Below are positions 41,094 to 51,211 of a stretch of 64,000 bases of DNA, piece by piece. The notes under the pieces are model-generated. The model saw only the letters and a list, made by a program, of their open reading frames with translations. It searched no databases and was not told the origin of the DNA. The DNA is taken from positions 768,001 to 832,000 of the forward strand of contig OZ219802.1 of NCBI GenBank assembly GCA_964291655.2. The letters are read 5' to 3'. The DNA is from Chloroflexota bacterium. Lineage in GTDB: Bacteria > Chloroflexota > UBA11872 > VXOZ01. How positions within the stretch are numbered: the stretch's first letter is position 1; each line of letters starts with the position of its first letter. A program made the translations under genes and the position numbers.

Positions 41094-42026
41094 CTAATCT
41101 GTATTGCCGAACATCTCCCCAATTATAGGACGCACAAGCCCCCAGTTGGGCAGCAATACCTGCGCGCCGCCATCCGTTACATAATCGTAAACCAAGGGCG
41201 GCTCGATGACGCGGGCATTGATCGGTACGTCGTTTAGCAAATAGAGATCACGCATGAGAATGAGCTGCTCGGCAACCGTAAGATCGGTCTCAACTAATTC
41301 ATTGAACCGCTGGAGGAGCAGTGGGAATATGACGATCATTTCGTCCGTAAAGAGTCCGGCGCGCGCAGAAGTGATGATGTTCTGCTGACGGCCCATCCGT
41401 TTGAAGTCGTTGTCCGGATGCCGGGTGCGCGCATAGATTAGGGCGGTAGCGCCGTCCATGTGCTGTAAGCCCGCGGGAATGACAATGCGCGTGTATCCGT
41501 AATCAAACGTTGGATACAAGTTGTCGATCAGGGTCTTGGCAACCAAGACCTCAACACCGCCAAAACTATTGATAAGCGCCGTAAAGCCGGTAAAGTCAAT
41601 TGCTGCCACTGCATGCACGGGCACGTCGAAGACCGATTCAACCGTCTGGCGCGCCAACTCGGGGCCGTTTGACTCGTAGTACTCGCCGAGAAAGTACGAA
41701 GCGTTGATACGGTTCCATCCATAGCCGGGGATGGTAACCCATAAATCGCGGGGTATTGAGAGAAGGGAAAGCGTGCGGGAATTGCGCTCGATGCTGAGCA
41801 GCATGATGACGTCGCTGCGCGAATACTCATTCTGCTGCCTACGATCAAGACCAACCAGCAAGATCGTGAAGCGGTCTCCCGACCGCAAGTCAGGTCGGAC
41901 AGTCTCAGCCCGGGCAGTCTCCCCGGTGAAGGGACCAAGTGCGCTCAAAGTTACCAGCAACGCACAGAGCAAGACACGCCGCAGCGATGGAAGACGGCAA
42001 TGCCGACTGTTCCCGATGCCGATCAC
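41094..42026 (-). CDS. LytR-CpsA-Psr (LCP) family protein
   Basis: ILLVGLD, RSDVIML, SIPRD, RIN, YARTRH..NDF.R..RQ; GTGA overlap with dnaE. Confidence 0.9.
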   Translation of the reverse strand: MIGIGNSRHCRLPSLRRVLLCALLVTLSALGPFTGETARAETVRPDLRSGDRFTILLVGLDRRQQNEYSRSDVIMLLSIERNSRTLSLLSIPRDLWVTIPGYGWNRINASYFLGEYYESNGPELARQTVESVFDVPVHAVAAIDFTGFTALINSFGGVEVLVAKTLIDNLYPTFDYGYTRIVIPAGLQHMDGATALIYARTRHPDNDFKRMGRQQNIITSARAGLFTDEMIVIFPLLLQRFNELVETDLTVAEQLILMRDLYLLNDVPINARVIEPPLVYDYVTDGGAQVLLPNWGLVRPIIGEMFGNTD

Positions 42027-45000
42027 GGGACCGACTTCCGCATCGGCGCAGTGCCCAACAAAGCCTCGATCTCGTCCTCCACCTCCGGCGTTAGTGCAAT
42101 CCGATCATGAGTCTCCAGGCGCACGTGCGTACCGTTGAGAATAATCCGCAGCGCGACGCGCGTTTCACCGGGATTACGCATCACGACTCCGGCAAGCCGC
42201 TGCAATCGTCCTAAATCCTCCGCGTCATCCGGCGTGCGCTGGAGCACAAGCTCAACCTCCGGCCCCGTCCGATCCACCGGCTCTTCAGCGGGTTGGCTCA
42301 CCTGTTGTTCGGTCTCGTCATCGATCTCCTGCGTCGGGGTAACCGCCACAGGTGTCTCCGCAGCTTCCACTTCCACTTTCTCCGCAGCCTCAGTTTCAGC
42401 CGCTGCAGTTGAAGCTTCCGCAGAATCTGCGGCGCCGACCGGCACCCAATCGGGGAGACCGTCCTCCCGCGCGGATGAAGTATTTTCAACGTTCACGGAG
42501 ACCCTCACCGTCGGATCACCATTTTGCGCAATAGGCTGAGCGCCGTCCCGTTGCTCAGCGGTTGCTTCATCCAGCAGCTCTGCGCTCTCCGCCAGAATAC
42601 GCAGCACGTCGTCACGGCTATCTTGCTCCACGCGCCCTTTCACGACAACGAAGTTGCCGTTTTCAAGCAAGTTCGCGCGCCCTGCGTATAGCTTGGGAAA
42701 GACGGTTACGTCGATCTGGCCATTCTCGTCTTCTAGAGTAAGCATTGCCATATTCTGACCCTTACGGGTGAATATCTTGCGCACAGACCCAACGCGCCCT
42801 GCCAACGTGATTCGCTTGCCCTCACGCTCCTGCGTCACCTCCGCCGTAGTCATGTCGGCCACTGCGCGCATTCGTTCGATATGCGGTTTGAATGGGTTCT
42901 CTGAGAGGTAATCGCCGAGCAGTTCCTTCTCCCAGATGCCCTTTTCTTCCGGTGTAGCGGGCTCAGTTTCAGGGAGAGTGAAACTGGTGAGCATGGCTGC
43001 CTGCTCCTCGCCTAAGAACGTCTCGAAGAGCGTCGGACCCTGATTGCTAATGCTCTGTGCTTTCTGCGAGGATGCAAGCACGTCGTCCAAACTCGCCAGG
43101 AGGGCTGCCCGGTCACCCATGCTATCCAGCGCCCCAACTTTAATGAGGCTCTCCAAGGCGCGTCGGTTCACGACCCGTTGGTCGATACGTAGGCAAAAGT
43201 CGTAGAAATCTTGGTAGAGTTCCTCCGCCCGCTCAGCGGCAATTGCTTTGGCCGCAGCCGTTCCCACGTTCTTGACCGCGGCGAGGCCGAAAAAGATCGT
43301 ACCTTCCTTGACCGCAAAATTGGACTCGCTCCCGTTTACATCCGGCGGGGCTACCGCAACATCCAACCTGCTGCACTCGCGCACTGCTTCAATGATCTTG
43401 TCAGAATTCCCAAGCTCCGTACTCAAGACCGCCGTCATGTATTCGGCGGGGTAGTTTGCCTTGAGGTAGGCGGTCTGGTACGCAATCGTGCCATAGCACG
43501 TGGCGTGGGCTTGATTGAATCCGTACCGCGCAAAAGGTTCGAAGTCGTCGAAGATCGCCTCCGCGACATTCTTCGAGAGGCCGTTTGCCACGGCTCCGTT
43601 GACAAACCGCTCGCGATGCTCTTGCAATTCATGCGCAATTTTCTTGCGGACGGCGTAGCACAACTTATCCGCTTCCGCCAGCGTATAGCCGGCCACCGCC
43701 TGCGCTACGGCCATAACGTCCTCTTGGTAGACCATAATGCCGTACGTGCTCTCCAGCACTGCAGACATCAATGGATGCCGTGCCGTAGCCTGTTCGCGGC
43801 CGTGACGTCTGGCGACGTACTGCGGGATGTATGCCATGGGGCCTGGACGATACAGCGCCACCAGCGCCATGACGTCCTCGATGCGGTCCGGTTGCAGGTC
43901 TTTCACGTAGCGCCGCATGCCGTCGGACTCCAACTGGAAGACGCCGGTCGTCTCTCCCGAAGAGAGCAGTTCAAACGTCTTGCTATCGTCCAGCGGAATC
44001 TCTCTGAGACCTATGGTTTCACCTCGGGTCTCCGCAATGAATCGCACCGCGCGGTCCAGCACGGTGAGGTTGCGCAAGCCGAGAAAGTCCATCTTGAGCA
44101 ACCCGATCTTCTCGATAGCGTTCATTTCAAACTGGGTCATGACGCCATCGTCGCCGACGTTGCGCTGCAAGGGCACGTACTCGGTAAGCGGCTCCCGCGA
44201 AATCACCACGCCCGCCGCATGGGTGGACGCATGGCGTGCCACGCCTTCCAGGTTCTTGGCCAAGTCAAGCAGGCGCTGCACCTGCGGTTCTTCGTTCGCG
44301 ACGTGCTGCAGGTCCGGTGAGTCTCGCAGCGCGTCATCCACCGTGGACATGATGGGGACTAGCTTGGCAACGCGATCCACGTCGCCGTACGTCATGCCGA
44401 GCGCCCGACCCACGTCGCGGACGGCGGCCCGCGCCTTCATCGTGCCAAACGTAATGATTTGCGCCACGTGATCGGCGCCGTATTTCTCCGTCACGTATTC
44501 GATGACCTCGTCGCGGCGCACGTCCATGAGGTCTACGTCGATGTCCGGCATGGTGTAGCGCGAGGGGTTAAGAAAGCGCTCGAAGATAAGGCCGTAGTGC
44601 AAAGGATCGATGTCCGTAATGCCGGCGGTGTAGCAGACCAGACTGCCCGCTGCAGAACCCCGCACTGTAGTTGGAATCCCTTGCTCTTTGGCCCAATTGA
44701 CAAAGTCGGCGGCGATAAGAAGGTACGAGGAAAAGCCCATCTCCCCAATCACGTCCAGTTCGTACTTCAATCGCTCGTGGGCCGAGGCAGCGGCATCGGG
44801 ATAGAGCTTTTCTAGTCCTGCCGTGCAGACCTCTTTCAAATAGGAACGGGCGTCATGCCCCTCCGGCACTTCGAAATGGGGCAGGATGCGCTGATCGAGG
44901 GCCAGCTCAACATTGCACTGCTCCGCGATCTTCACGGTGTTCGTCAGGGCTTCGGGAAACTCCGCAAACCGCTCCCACATCTCGTCGGCGCTGCGTAGAT

Positions 45001-45730
45001 AAAACTCCTCGGTCTCCATGCGCATGCGGTTGGCATCGTTGACGTTGCTGTTGGTCTGGATGCACAGGAGCACGTCGTGGGCTTCAGCATCCTCACGGCG
45101 GGTGTAGTGCCCGTCGTTCGTGGCCACCAGCGGCAGTTCGAGGTCCCGCGCCAGCTCTACGAGCTTTGCGGTAACTTCCTGCTCCCACTCCATGCCATGG
45201 TCTTGTATCTCGATATAGAAGTTTTCCGCGCCAAAAACGTCGCGGTAATGGAGCGCCACATCCCGCGCCTTCTCCATATTTCCGTCACGGAGTGCACGCG
45301 GAATCTCCCCGGACGGACAACCGGATAGACAGATGAGGCCCTCGCTATATTGTTCCAGCAATTCGTGGTCCACGCGCGGCTTATAGTAAAAGCCCTCGAG
45401 CTGCGCCTGTGTTGCCAGCTTGACCAGATTGCTGTAGCCCTCATTGTTCTTCGCCAGCAGCGTGAGGTGGTACTGCCGGTCGTCCACCTTCGGCTCGCGG
45501 TCGAAGCGCGAGCGTGTCGCCACGTAGACCTCGCAACCCAAGATGGGCTTGATGCCCCGGCTGCGGGCCTCTTCATAGAACTCGATGGCGCCGTACAGCA
45601 CGCCGTGATCGGTGAGCGCGATGGCCTCAAAGCCCAATTCCTTGGCGCAATCCATCAACTCCGGCATGCGGCTCATGCCATCCAACAAGCTGTAATGCGT
45701 ATGCAGATGCAGGTGGGTGAATTGCTTCAT
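42023..45730 (-). CDS. dnaE: DNA polymerase III subunit alpha
   Basis: HLHLHTHYSLLDG PHP domain, RGSAAGS, PDIDVD, KMDFLGL, LYRPGP, OB fold. Confidence 0.98.
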   Translation of the reverse strand: MKQFTHLHLHTHYSLLDGMSRMPELMDCAKELGFEAIALTDHGVLYGAIEFYEEARSRGIKPILGCEVYVATRSRFDREPKVDDRQYHLTLLAKNNEGYSNLVKLATQAQLEGFYYKPRVDHELLEQYSEGLICLSGCPSGEIPRALRDGNMEKARDVALHYRDVFGAENFYIEIQDHGMEWEQEVTAKLVELARDLELPLVATNDGHYTRREDAEAHDVLLCIQTNSNVNDANRMRMETEEFYLRSADEMWERFAEFPEALTNTVKIAEQCNVELALDQRILPHFEVPEGHDARSYLKEVCTAGLEKLYPDAAASAHERLKYELDVIGEMGFSSYLLIAADFVNWAKEQGIPTTVRGSAAGSLVCYTAGITDIDPLHYGLIFERFLNPSRYTMPDIDVDLMDVRRDEVIEYVTEKYGADHVAQIITFGTMKARAAVRDVGRALGMTYGDVDRVAKLVPIMSTVDDALRDSPDLQHVANEEPQVQRLLDLAKNLEGVARHASTHAAGVVISREPLTEYVPLQRNVGDDGVMTQFEMNAIEKIGLLKMDFLGLRNLTVLDRAVRFIAETRGETIGLREIPLDDSKTFELLSSGETTGVFQLESDGMRRYVKDLQPDRIEDVMALVALYRPGPMAYIPQYVARRHGREQATARHPLMSAVLESTYGIMVYQEDVMAVAQAVAGYTLAEADKLCYAVRKKIAHELQEHRERFVNGAVANGLSKNVAEAIFDDFEPFARYGFNQAHATCYGTIAYQTAYLKANYPAEYMTAVLSTELGNSDKIIEAVRECSRLDVAVAPPDVNGSESNFAVKEGTIFFGLAAVKNVGTAAAKAIAAERAEELYQDFYDFCLRIDQRVVNRRALESLIKVGALDSMGDRAALLASLDDVLASSQKAQSISNQGPTLFETFLGEEQAAMLTSFTLPETEPATPEEKGIWEKELLGDYLSENPFKPHIERMRAVADMTTAEVTQEREGKRITLAGRVGSVRKIFTRKGQNMAMLTLEDENGQIDVTVFPKLYAGRANLLENGNFVVVKGRVEQDSRDDVLRILAESAELLDEATAEQRDGAQPIAQNGDPTVRVSVNVENTSSAREDGLPDWVPVGAADSAEASTAAAETEAAEKVEVEAAETPVAVTPTQEIDDETEQQVSQPAEEPVDRTGPEVELVLQRTPDDAEDLGRLQRLAGVVMRNPGETRVALRIILNGTHVRLETHDRIALTPEVEDEIEALLGTAPMRKSVP

Positions 45731-46647
45731 GCGGGGACACGGCTCCCGGGACCGGCTCTACGTCAAGAGGGAAATTAACTCGGTTAAGAATACCTGGAAT
45801 GCGGAGAGAATGAAAGCGAATAACAGTCTTGACGGCTTGTGCTACCAGACCTACAATCCGCTCGATTCCGCTTGCCGTAAGGGTATCGCAAAGATGAGAC
45901 AAGCTTTCAAGAAAATGCCGGATCCGATTGATCTGCCTACAGCCAGATTCCACGGTCGCCAAGACTCAGAAGGCGCCAAAGTCTATCGATCCCACGAGTA
46001 TTATCTGTGTCTTATGCCATCATTGCCACAAGAGACCTGTCCCTTGCCGGATGCGAGCGAGAATCCATCCGGCACATACCCCAATTGCTCCCGGCCACGT
46101 CCATTTCGTCTAAGCGGCGACCTATGCACAAGCTTGGTCGCAGGCGCAGAATACGCTACACACGGAACCCCAGTGTTCGATGTGACTTCGCCTCTCCCTC
46201 GAGGAAACGCTCATGTATCACTGTTCATTGACGAGCGGTTTTCCTCCTCTGCCTGGGAGGCCGTCTCATAGGTCGACTCGATAAGCTAAATCGTGCTTCG
46301 ACAAGCCTGTACTGAGCTTGCCGAAGTGCTCAGCACGAACGGATCATTGCCTGTTACGTTCGCCCCCGTATCGAGTACGGGGCAGGCTCTGAGCCTGTCG
46401 AAGGGCAAGTCTAAACGGAGCGATGCGTTTATGAGACGGCCGACCGGGGAAGAGGGCCGGGGTGAGGGGTATTCTTCACCGTTCCCACCCACTCTCGCGC
46501 ACTCCTTTGGAAAGCGCCTTGGTCTCTACTGCAGGGCTGCCACCCTCACCCCCGTAGCATGATCGGGGCGATCTCTTACACTCTCCCGGCGGAGACCCTT
46601 GCGTTTCATATAACAAGGACGATCGGCTTACCCCTCTCCTCGGGGAG

Positions 46648-46935
46648 TGTATAGACCGGGGACATGGGTAACAGTTGTTCGGGCTCATAGGTAACACCAT
46701 AGAACGAGGGGGTTTTCGTAGTATGCGATGTCCTTGCCTTGAAAGTTAGATCCACTCAATATCCTTATGCACACTGTTTGTTTCTCTGGCACAAGCTGAC
46801 AGGCGGAAAGTGAGTGCACTGTGTCGCCAGTCTCTTATCAAACCCGGACCAACCCAATGCTCTCGTAGGTGTCAATCAGTAAAATGTGTAACCCATGTCC
46901 CCGAACAACTGTTACCTATGTCCCCGGTCTGTACA
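46648..46935. mobile_element. IS481-family-derived MITE (288 bp)
   Basis: 50-bp TIRs TGTAYAGACCGGGGACATRGGTAACAG... (44/50 match), TGT...ACA ends, GGGAG duplicated at 46643-46647 and 46936-46940; no transposase. Confidence 0.8.
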
Positions 46936-47041
46936 GGGAGAGGGCCGGGGTGAGGGGCATTCTTCACCGTTCTCACCCATTCTCGCGCACTCCTTTGGGA
47001 AGCGCCATGGTCTCCGTGCGAGTGCTCACTCGCGGGAAGTC

Positions 47042-48043
47042 TTACTGCTCGCACACAACCCCATCACCGTCACCGTCGCGCGGCGGGTCGGCAATGATCT
47101 CTATTGGGAAGCCGCGGCCGTCGCCATTACTTCCCTGCACGCGCTCTACCCCCGCCGCCTCAGCCGCCGCACAGCTTGCATACACCGTTGGGGTAGCAGT
47201 AGGCGTCGGCGTTGCGGTGGACGTAGGAGTAGGCGTGGGCGTGGGTGTCGCTGTTGGGGTGGGTGTCGCTGTTGGCGTTGGAGTCGGGGTTGGCGTCGGC
47301 GTAGGAGTAGGGAGTACTATTTCCGGTGTCTCGTCGCACTTCTCTAACATCGTGCCCAGCGCTGCGACCTCGGCATCATCCGCGCTGAGCTCCCAGAACA
47401 CTTTGACCGCAATCCAATCTTGCGCATATTGACACCACGCCGATTCTGCAGGCGGCTTCCATACTGCCGGATCTCGCGCGCCCTTCGAGCGGTTGCTCGA
47501 AGCCGACACCGCAGTCAAAGTCTGCGACAAGATCAGATCGTTTGCGTATGCGTAGCGCCGCGCATAAGACCACCGCCATCCCCCCGACTCGTGTACTTCT
47601 GCCAGCGGCACCATGTGATCGATGTCTATGCCAGATGCCTCCGTGATCGTCGTCCCGTCATACCATGACAACCACGTACCGTCGGGCACGCAGGACTCAT
47701 CCTCCGTTTCAAGCGTTTGCGCTTCGGCTACCAGGACCTCCTCGCGTGTGTTACAGCCATCGTCATCGACGTCGTCCCAGCCGCCTTGCTCGTACATCCA
47801 GCGACCGTAGTCTATGCCTCCGTCGGATTCCGGAGCAGTCTTGAGCTGTAGCCCCGCAATCTCCGTCGTAGTTGGCGTAGCCCGCTCCGGCACGCAATTG
47901 TCCTCGTAAAACTGGTCTACTCCCAGCCAACCCGCGACTTTTAGACTCTCCCGCACGGTATTGAGTTGCGTACAAAGCTCCGTCGTAGGACCCGAATCGA
48001 TAGTAATAGCAAACCATACTGACGCTAAGATTAGCGCAAACAT
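47042..48043 (-). CDS. Secreted DUF1524/HNH-type nuclease with Pro/Thr linker and Excalibur Ca-binding domain
   Basis: DIDHMVPLAE, AVSASSNRSKG..DP, (PT)n linker, YASCAAAEAAG...RDGDGDGVVCE; start uncertain. Confidence 0.82.
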   Translation of the reverse strand: MFALILASVWFAITIDSGPTTELCTQLNTVRESLKVAGWLGVDQFYEDNCVPERATPTTTEIAGLQLKTAPESDGGIDYGRWMYEQGGWDDVDDDGCNTREEVLVAEAQTLETEDESCVPDGTWLSWYDGTTITEASGIDIDHMVPLAEVHESGGWRWSYARRYAYANDLILSQTLTAVSASSNRSKGARDPAVWKPPAESAWCQYAQDWIAVKVFWELSADDAEVAALGTMLEKCDETPEIVLPTPTPTPTPTPTPTATPTPTATPTPTPTPTSTATPTPTATPTVYASCAAAEAAGVERVQGSNGDGRGFPIEIIADPPRDGDGDGVVCEQ

Positions 48044-48228
48044 ATTCCACCCTTTTTGTATCCACTAGCACGTCCGCTCCCAAACGGACGCACAAGTACC
48101 CACTATCCCCGCGCTTCATTAGAAGCGCGCTCTTGCAAACCACCCACAACAAGCAGAGTGGCCTCTCCTTGCTGCATTCTCGATCCCACTCTTTGGGGTT
48201 GTCTCGGTTACCACCACACGAGACAGGT

Positions 48229-49653
48229 CTATTCGTCTGCGGGACCTCCTACTGCCCATCGTTCAGCAAGCCTGTAGAGTCCCATGCCGTGTGACCCCTT
48301 AATCAACACGACGTCTTGCGGGTTCACCTCCGCTGCCAAGAGCGACTCCGCAGATTTCAAGGCAGCTTCCAGTGCATCATCGTCAACATGATTCGCCGCA
48401 AACTCTGAGATTTGGGCCGGGTCCATGCCTGCCGCACGGGCGCCCGCCGCAGTTTCGGAACTGTCGTCGCCGATCGTTATCAAGCGATCAGCAAGACGCC
48501 CTGCAGCCTGACCCAAGAGACGATGCTCTTCAGCCGTAAATTCCCCTAACTCCAACATGTCACCGAATACCGCGATGCTCTTGCCTTGCCCACCTAGCTG
48601 CGCAAGCGATTCCAGGGCAAGCGTGGCGGAGACGCGGTTGGCGTTGTAGGCATCATCGAGCAACACCGATCCATTGCGTCCCTGCCGCACCTGCAGGCGG
48701 CCCGGCGCAGGAGTGACTTTCGCCAGCCCTTGCGCTATCTCGTCCAACGTCAAACCAAACTCACGTCCCACGGCTGTCGCGGCGAGTGCGGCGTAAACTC
48801 CGGCTTGGCCCAGCACTCGCGTTTTCATTTGTCTCTTTTCAGATCCGGTACTCACGTCAAACTGCGTCCAGCCATCAGGCAAAGTATTCACGTTCTGAGC
48901 CGTAAAGTCCGTCCCTCCCTCAATTCCATAGGTAATGACATCTGAGCTTGTATTGGCGGACATTTGCCTTACGCGCGGATCGTCCCCGTTGAGTACAGCC
49001 GTGCCGCGCGCCGGCAGAGCTTGAACCAACTCAGACTTGGCATGCTGCACGCGGTCAAGCGATCCAAAAAGTTCAAGATGAACGGGACCCACCGCCGTTA
49101 CCACGCCGACGTGGGGACGGATTTTGCGGCAGTAGCCGGCAATTTCACCGCGCCATTGGGCTCCCATCTCCAACACCAGTACTTCGTCCTCCGGCCTGCA
49201 ACGCACGACCGTCCGCGGGATCCCAATCTCGTTATTCTCAGTTCCAAGTGCACTGCATACTGCAAAGCGTTCTGCCAATACGCTCGCTATTGCTTCTTTC
49301 GTCGTCGTCTTGCCGTAACTGCCCGTTACCGCCACAATGCGCAGGCCGGGCCGCTGCCGCACCAAATAGGAGGCGAGCTTCCACGCGGCATCGTTTGGGT
49401 TCCTCACCCGGATCTGTGGTATGTCAACATCAGAACGCGGCCGTTGGCAGAGAACCGCAGCCGCACCCTTCTGCGCTGCATTGGGAATGAATTCATGTCC
49501 GTCACGCTGATCCGTGCGCAACGCGAGAAAGACCTCGCCCGGCTGCAGAATGCGGGAATCATGGCATAGACCCGTACAGGGTAAGCGCGCCGCCTCCAGA
49601 CCACGGGGCGGTTCGCGGCGTAGCGCTCGGTAGAGGTCGGCCAAGTAGAACAA
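48229..49653 (-). CDS. murF: UDP-N-acetylmuramoyl-tripeptide--D-Ala-D-Ala ligase
   Basis: HDSR, TGSYGKTTTKE, NNEIG.P, EMG, DDAYNAN, GDMLELG, KGS. Confidence 0.93.
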   Translation of the reverse strand: MFYLADLYRALRREPPRGLEAARLPCTGLCHDSRILQPGEVFLALRTDQRDGHEFIPNAAQKGAAAVLCQRPRSDVDIPQIRVRNPNDAAWKLASYLVRQRPGLRIVAVTGSYGKTTTKEAIASVLAERFAVCSALGTENNEIGIPRTVVRCRPEDEVLVLEMGAQWRGEIAGYCRKIRPHVGVVTAVGPVHLELFGSLDRVQHAKSELVQALPARGTAVLNGDDPRVRQMSANTSSDVITYGIEGGTDFTAQNVNTLPDGWTQFDVSTGSEKRQMKTRVLGQAGVYAALAATAVGREFGLTLDEIAQGLAKVTPAPGRLQVRQGRNGSVLLDDAYNANRVSATLALESLAQLGGQGKSIAVFGDMLELGEFTAEEHRLLGQAAGRLADRLITIGDDSSETAAGARAAGMDPAQISEFAANHVDDDALEAALKSAESLLAAEVNPQDVVLIKGSHGMGLYRLAERWAVGGPADE

Positions 49654-49999
49654 GTGTGGCGTGCTCCCTCTAAGTTGAGTGCTGGCTATCGTTGGGCGGG
49701 GTGGGGATGACTTGCAAGTAGAATACCACTGTTGTAATAGTACTCACGACCGGCCCGCCGGTCTGCACAGTACCTGGTAACGGATTGGCGACAACCGGCT
49801 TCCCGAGGTGTTCGCAGTTCTCATGCCGGAATACCGCATGCAGACACCATGCGACGCCTCAGCTTCCATCCCAAATTACATAACGTCACGAGGGCCAAAA
49901 CGGCTCCCCAAGTCTCTATCCCCTTGTGCCACACACCGTTAACGTCAGAGCCCTGACGGCATGGCCCGATACCAATCCCTATGAGAGTCTACGCCAACC

Positions 50000-50008
50000 T
50001 GCTATAAT
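50000..50008 (+). promoter_or_regulatory. Extended -10 promoter element
   Basis: TGcTATAAT 50 nt upstream of ddl. Confidence 0.55.
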
Positions 50009-50058
50009 GATGCCACCTCACGTCAGCATAGCAAACGGACACCGGTGCTTCTTTCACT

Positions 50059-51168
50059 ATGAGCAACAAGCTCCGTGTCGGCCTGTTGTTTGGCGGCCGT
50101 TCAGCAGAACATGACGTATCGGTGATATCTGCCCGTTCGGTATTAGCAGCGCTCGACCCAAGCAAGTACGAGGTGGTGCCCATCGGTATCACACGCGAGG
50201 GGACTTGGCTGTTGAATGTTGATCCACAACGCGCTCTTGCGGACCAAATGGATCCTTCCACTGACGGCAATTCGTCACAACTTGCGTTCAGTCCTGACGC
50301 CGCCTTGGCACACCGCAGCTCGCCCCAGGATTCCAGCAGTCAATCCATCGCCCGCGCACTGGATGTCGTACTGCCAATACTTCACGGACCCAACGGCGAA
50401 GATGGCAGCATCCAGGGCTTCCTGCAGCTCGCCAAAGTCCCCTACGTGGGCTGCGACGTACTCAGTTCGGCCTTGGGCATGGACAAGATCGTACAAAAGA
50501 AGCTCTTTAGTCACGCCGGACTACCGATTGTTGACTTCCTGGCCCTGGCCCGGCGCCAATGGCGGTCCCGGCCTACGGATAGCTTGGAAGAGATAGAAGC
50601 AAGCCTTAGCTATCCGCTCTTTGTAAAGCCTGCTGCCCTCGGCTCGAGCGTAGGCATCTCGAAAGTCCATAATCGAGACGAAATCGGCCCTGCTCTCGAT
50701 ACCGCGGCGCGCTACGACCGCAGAATCATCGTCGAAGCTGCGGTTCCCCATGCCCGGGAAATCGAACTCTCCGTGCTTGGCAATCATGCGCCGATCGTCT
50801 CCGTGCCGGGCGAAATCGTGGCGGCCCACGAATTCTATGACTACGCGGCCAAGTACGAAGCCGACTCCGCTCTGCACGTGCCGGCGCCTATTGCTGAAGA
50901 ACTCACCACAGAGCTTCAGGACCTCTCAATTCGCGCCTTCCAGGCGCTTGAGTGTTGCGGCATGGCGCGCGTTGACTTTCTCATCAACGGTGAGACCGGG
51001 GCGGTATACGTGAATGAGATCAACACCATACCCGGGTTCACGCCGATTAGTATGTATCCCAAGCTCTGGGAAGCTTCAGGGTTATCATACCCGGACCTGC
51101 TGGACGAATTGATCAGGTTAGCGCAGGAGCGCTTTCAGGAAGTAAACGATCAGGAGACCGCGCGCTAA
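50059..51168 (+). CDS. ddl: D-alanine--D-alanine ligase
   Basis: GGRSAEHDVS, LHGPNGEDG, GSSVG, FYDYAAKY, NEINTIPGFT. Confidence 0.97.
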   Translation: MSNKLRVGLLFGGRSAEHDVSVISARSVLAALDPSKYEVVPIGITREGTWLLNVDPQRALADQMDPSTDGNSSQLAFSPDAALAHRSSPQDSSSQSIARALDVVLPILHGPNGEDGSIQGFLQLAKVPYVGCDVLSSALGMDKIVQKKLFSHAGLPIVDFLALARRQWRSRPTDSLEEIEASLSYPLFVKPAALGSSVGISKVHNRDEIGPALDTAARYDRRIIVEAAVPHAREIELSVLGNHAPIVSVPGEIVAAHEFYDYAAKYEADSALHVPAPIAEELTTELQDLSIRAFQALECCGMARVDFLINGETGAVYVNEINTIPGFTPISMYPKLWEASGLSYPDLLDELIRLAQERFQEVNDQETAR

Positions 51169-51211
51169 GGCGCATAATGGGGGCAAAGGAACATGAGAAG
51201 GGGCAGCCGCA

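Noticed and set aside
42023-45730. Intein in DnaE
   Set aside because: No C/S...HN splice motifs; the extra length is a low-complexity C-terminal linker
45717-46562. ORFs 45717..46271 and 46293..46562
   Set aside because: No recognisable motifs; the second is translated REP sequence
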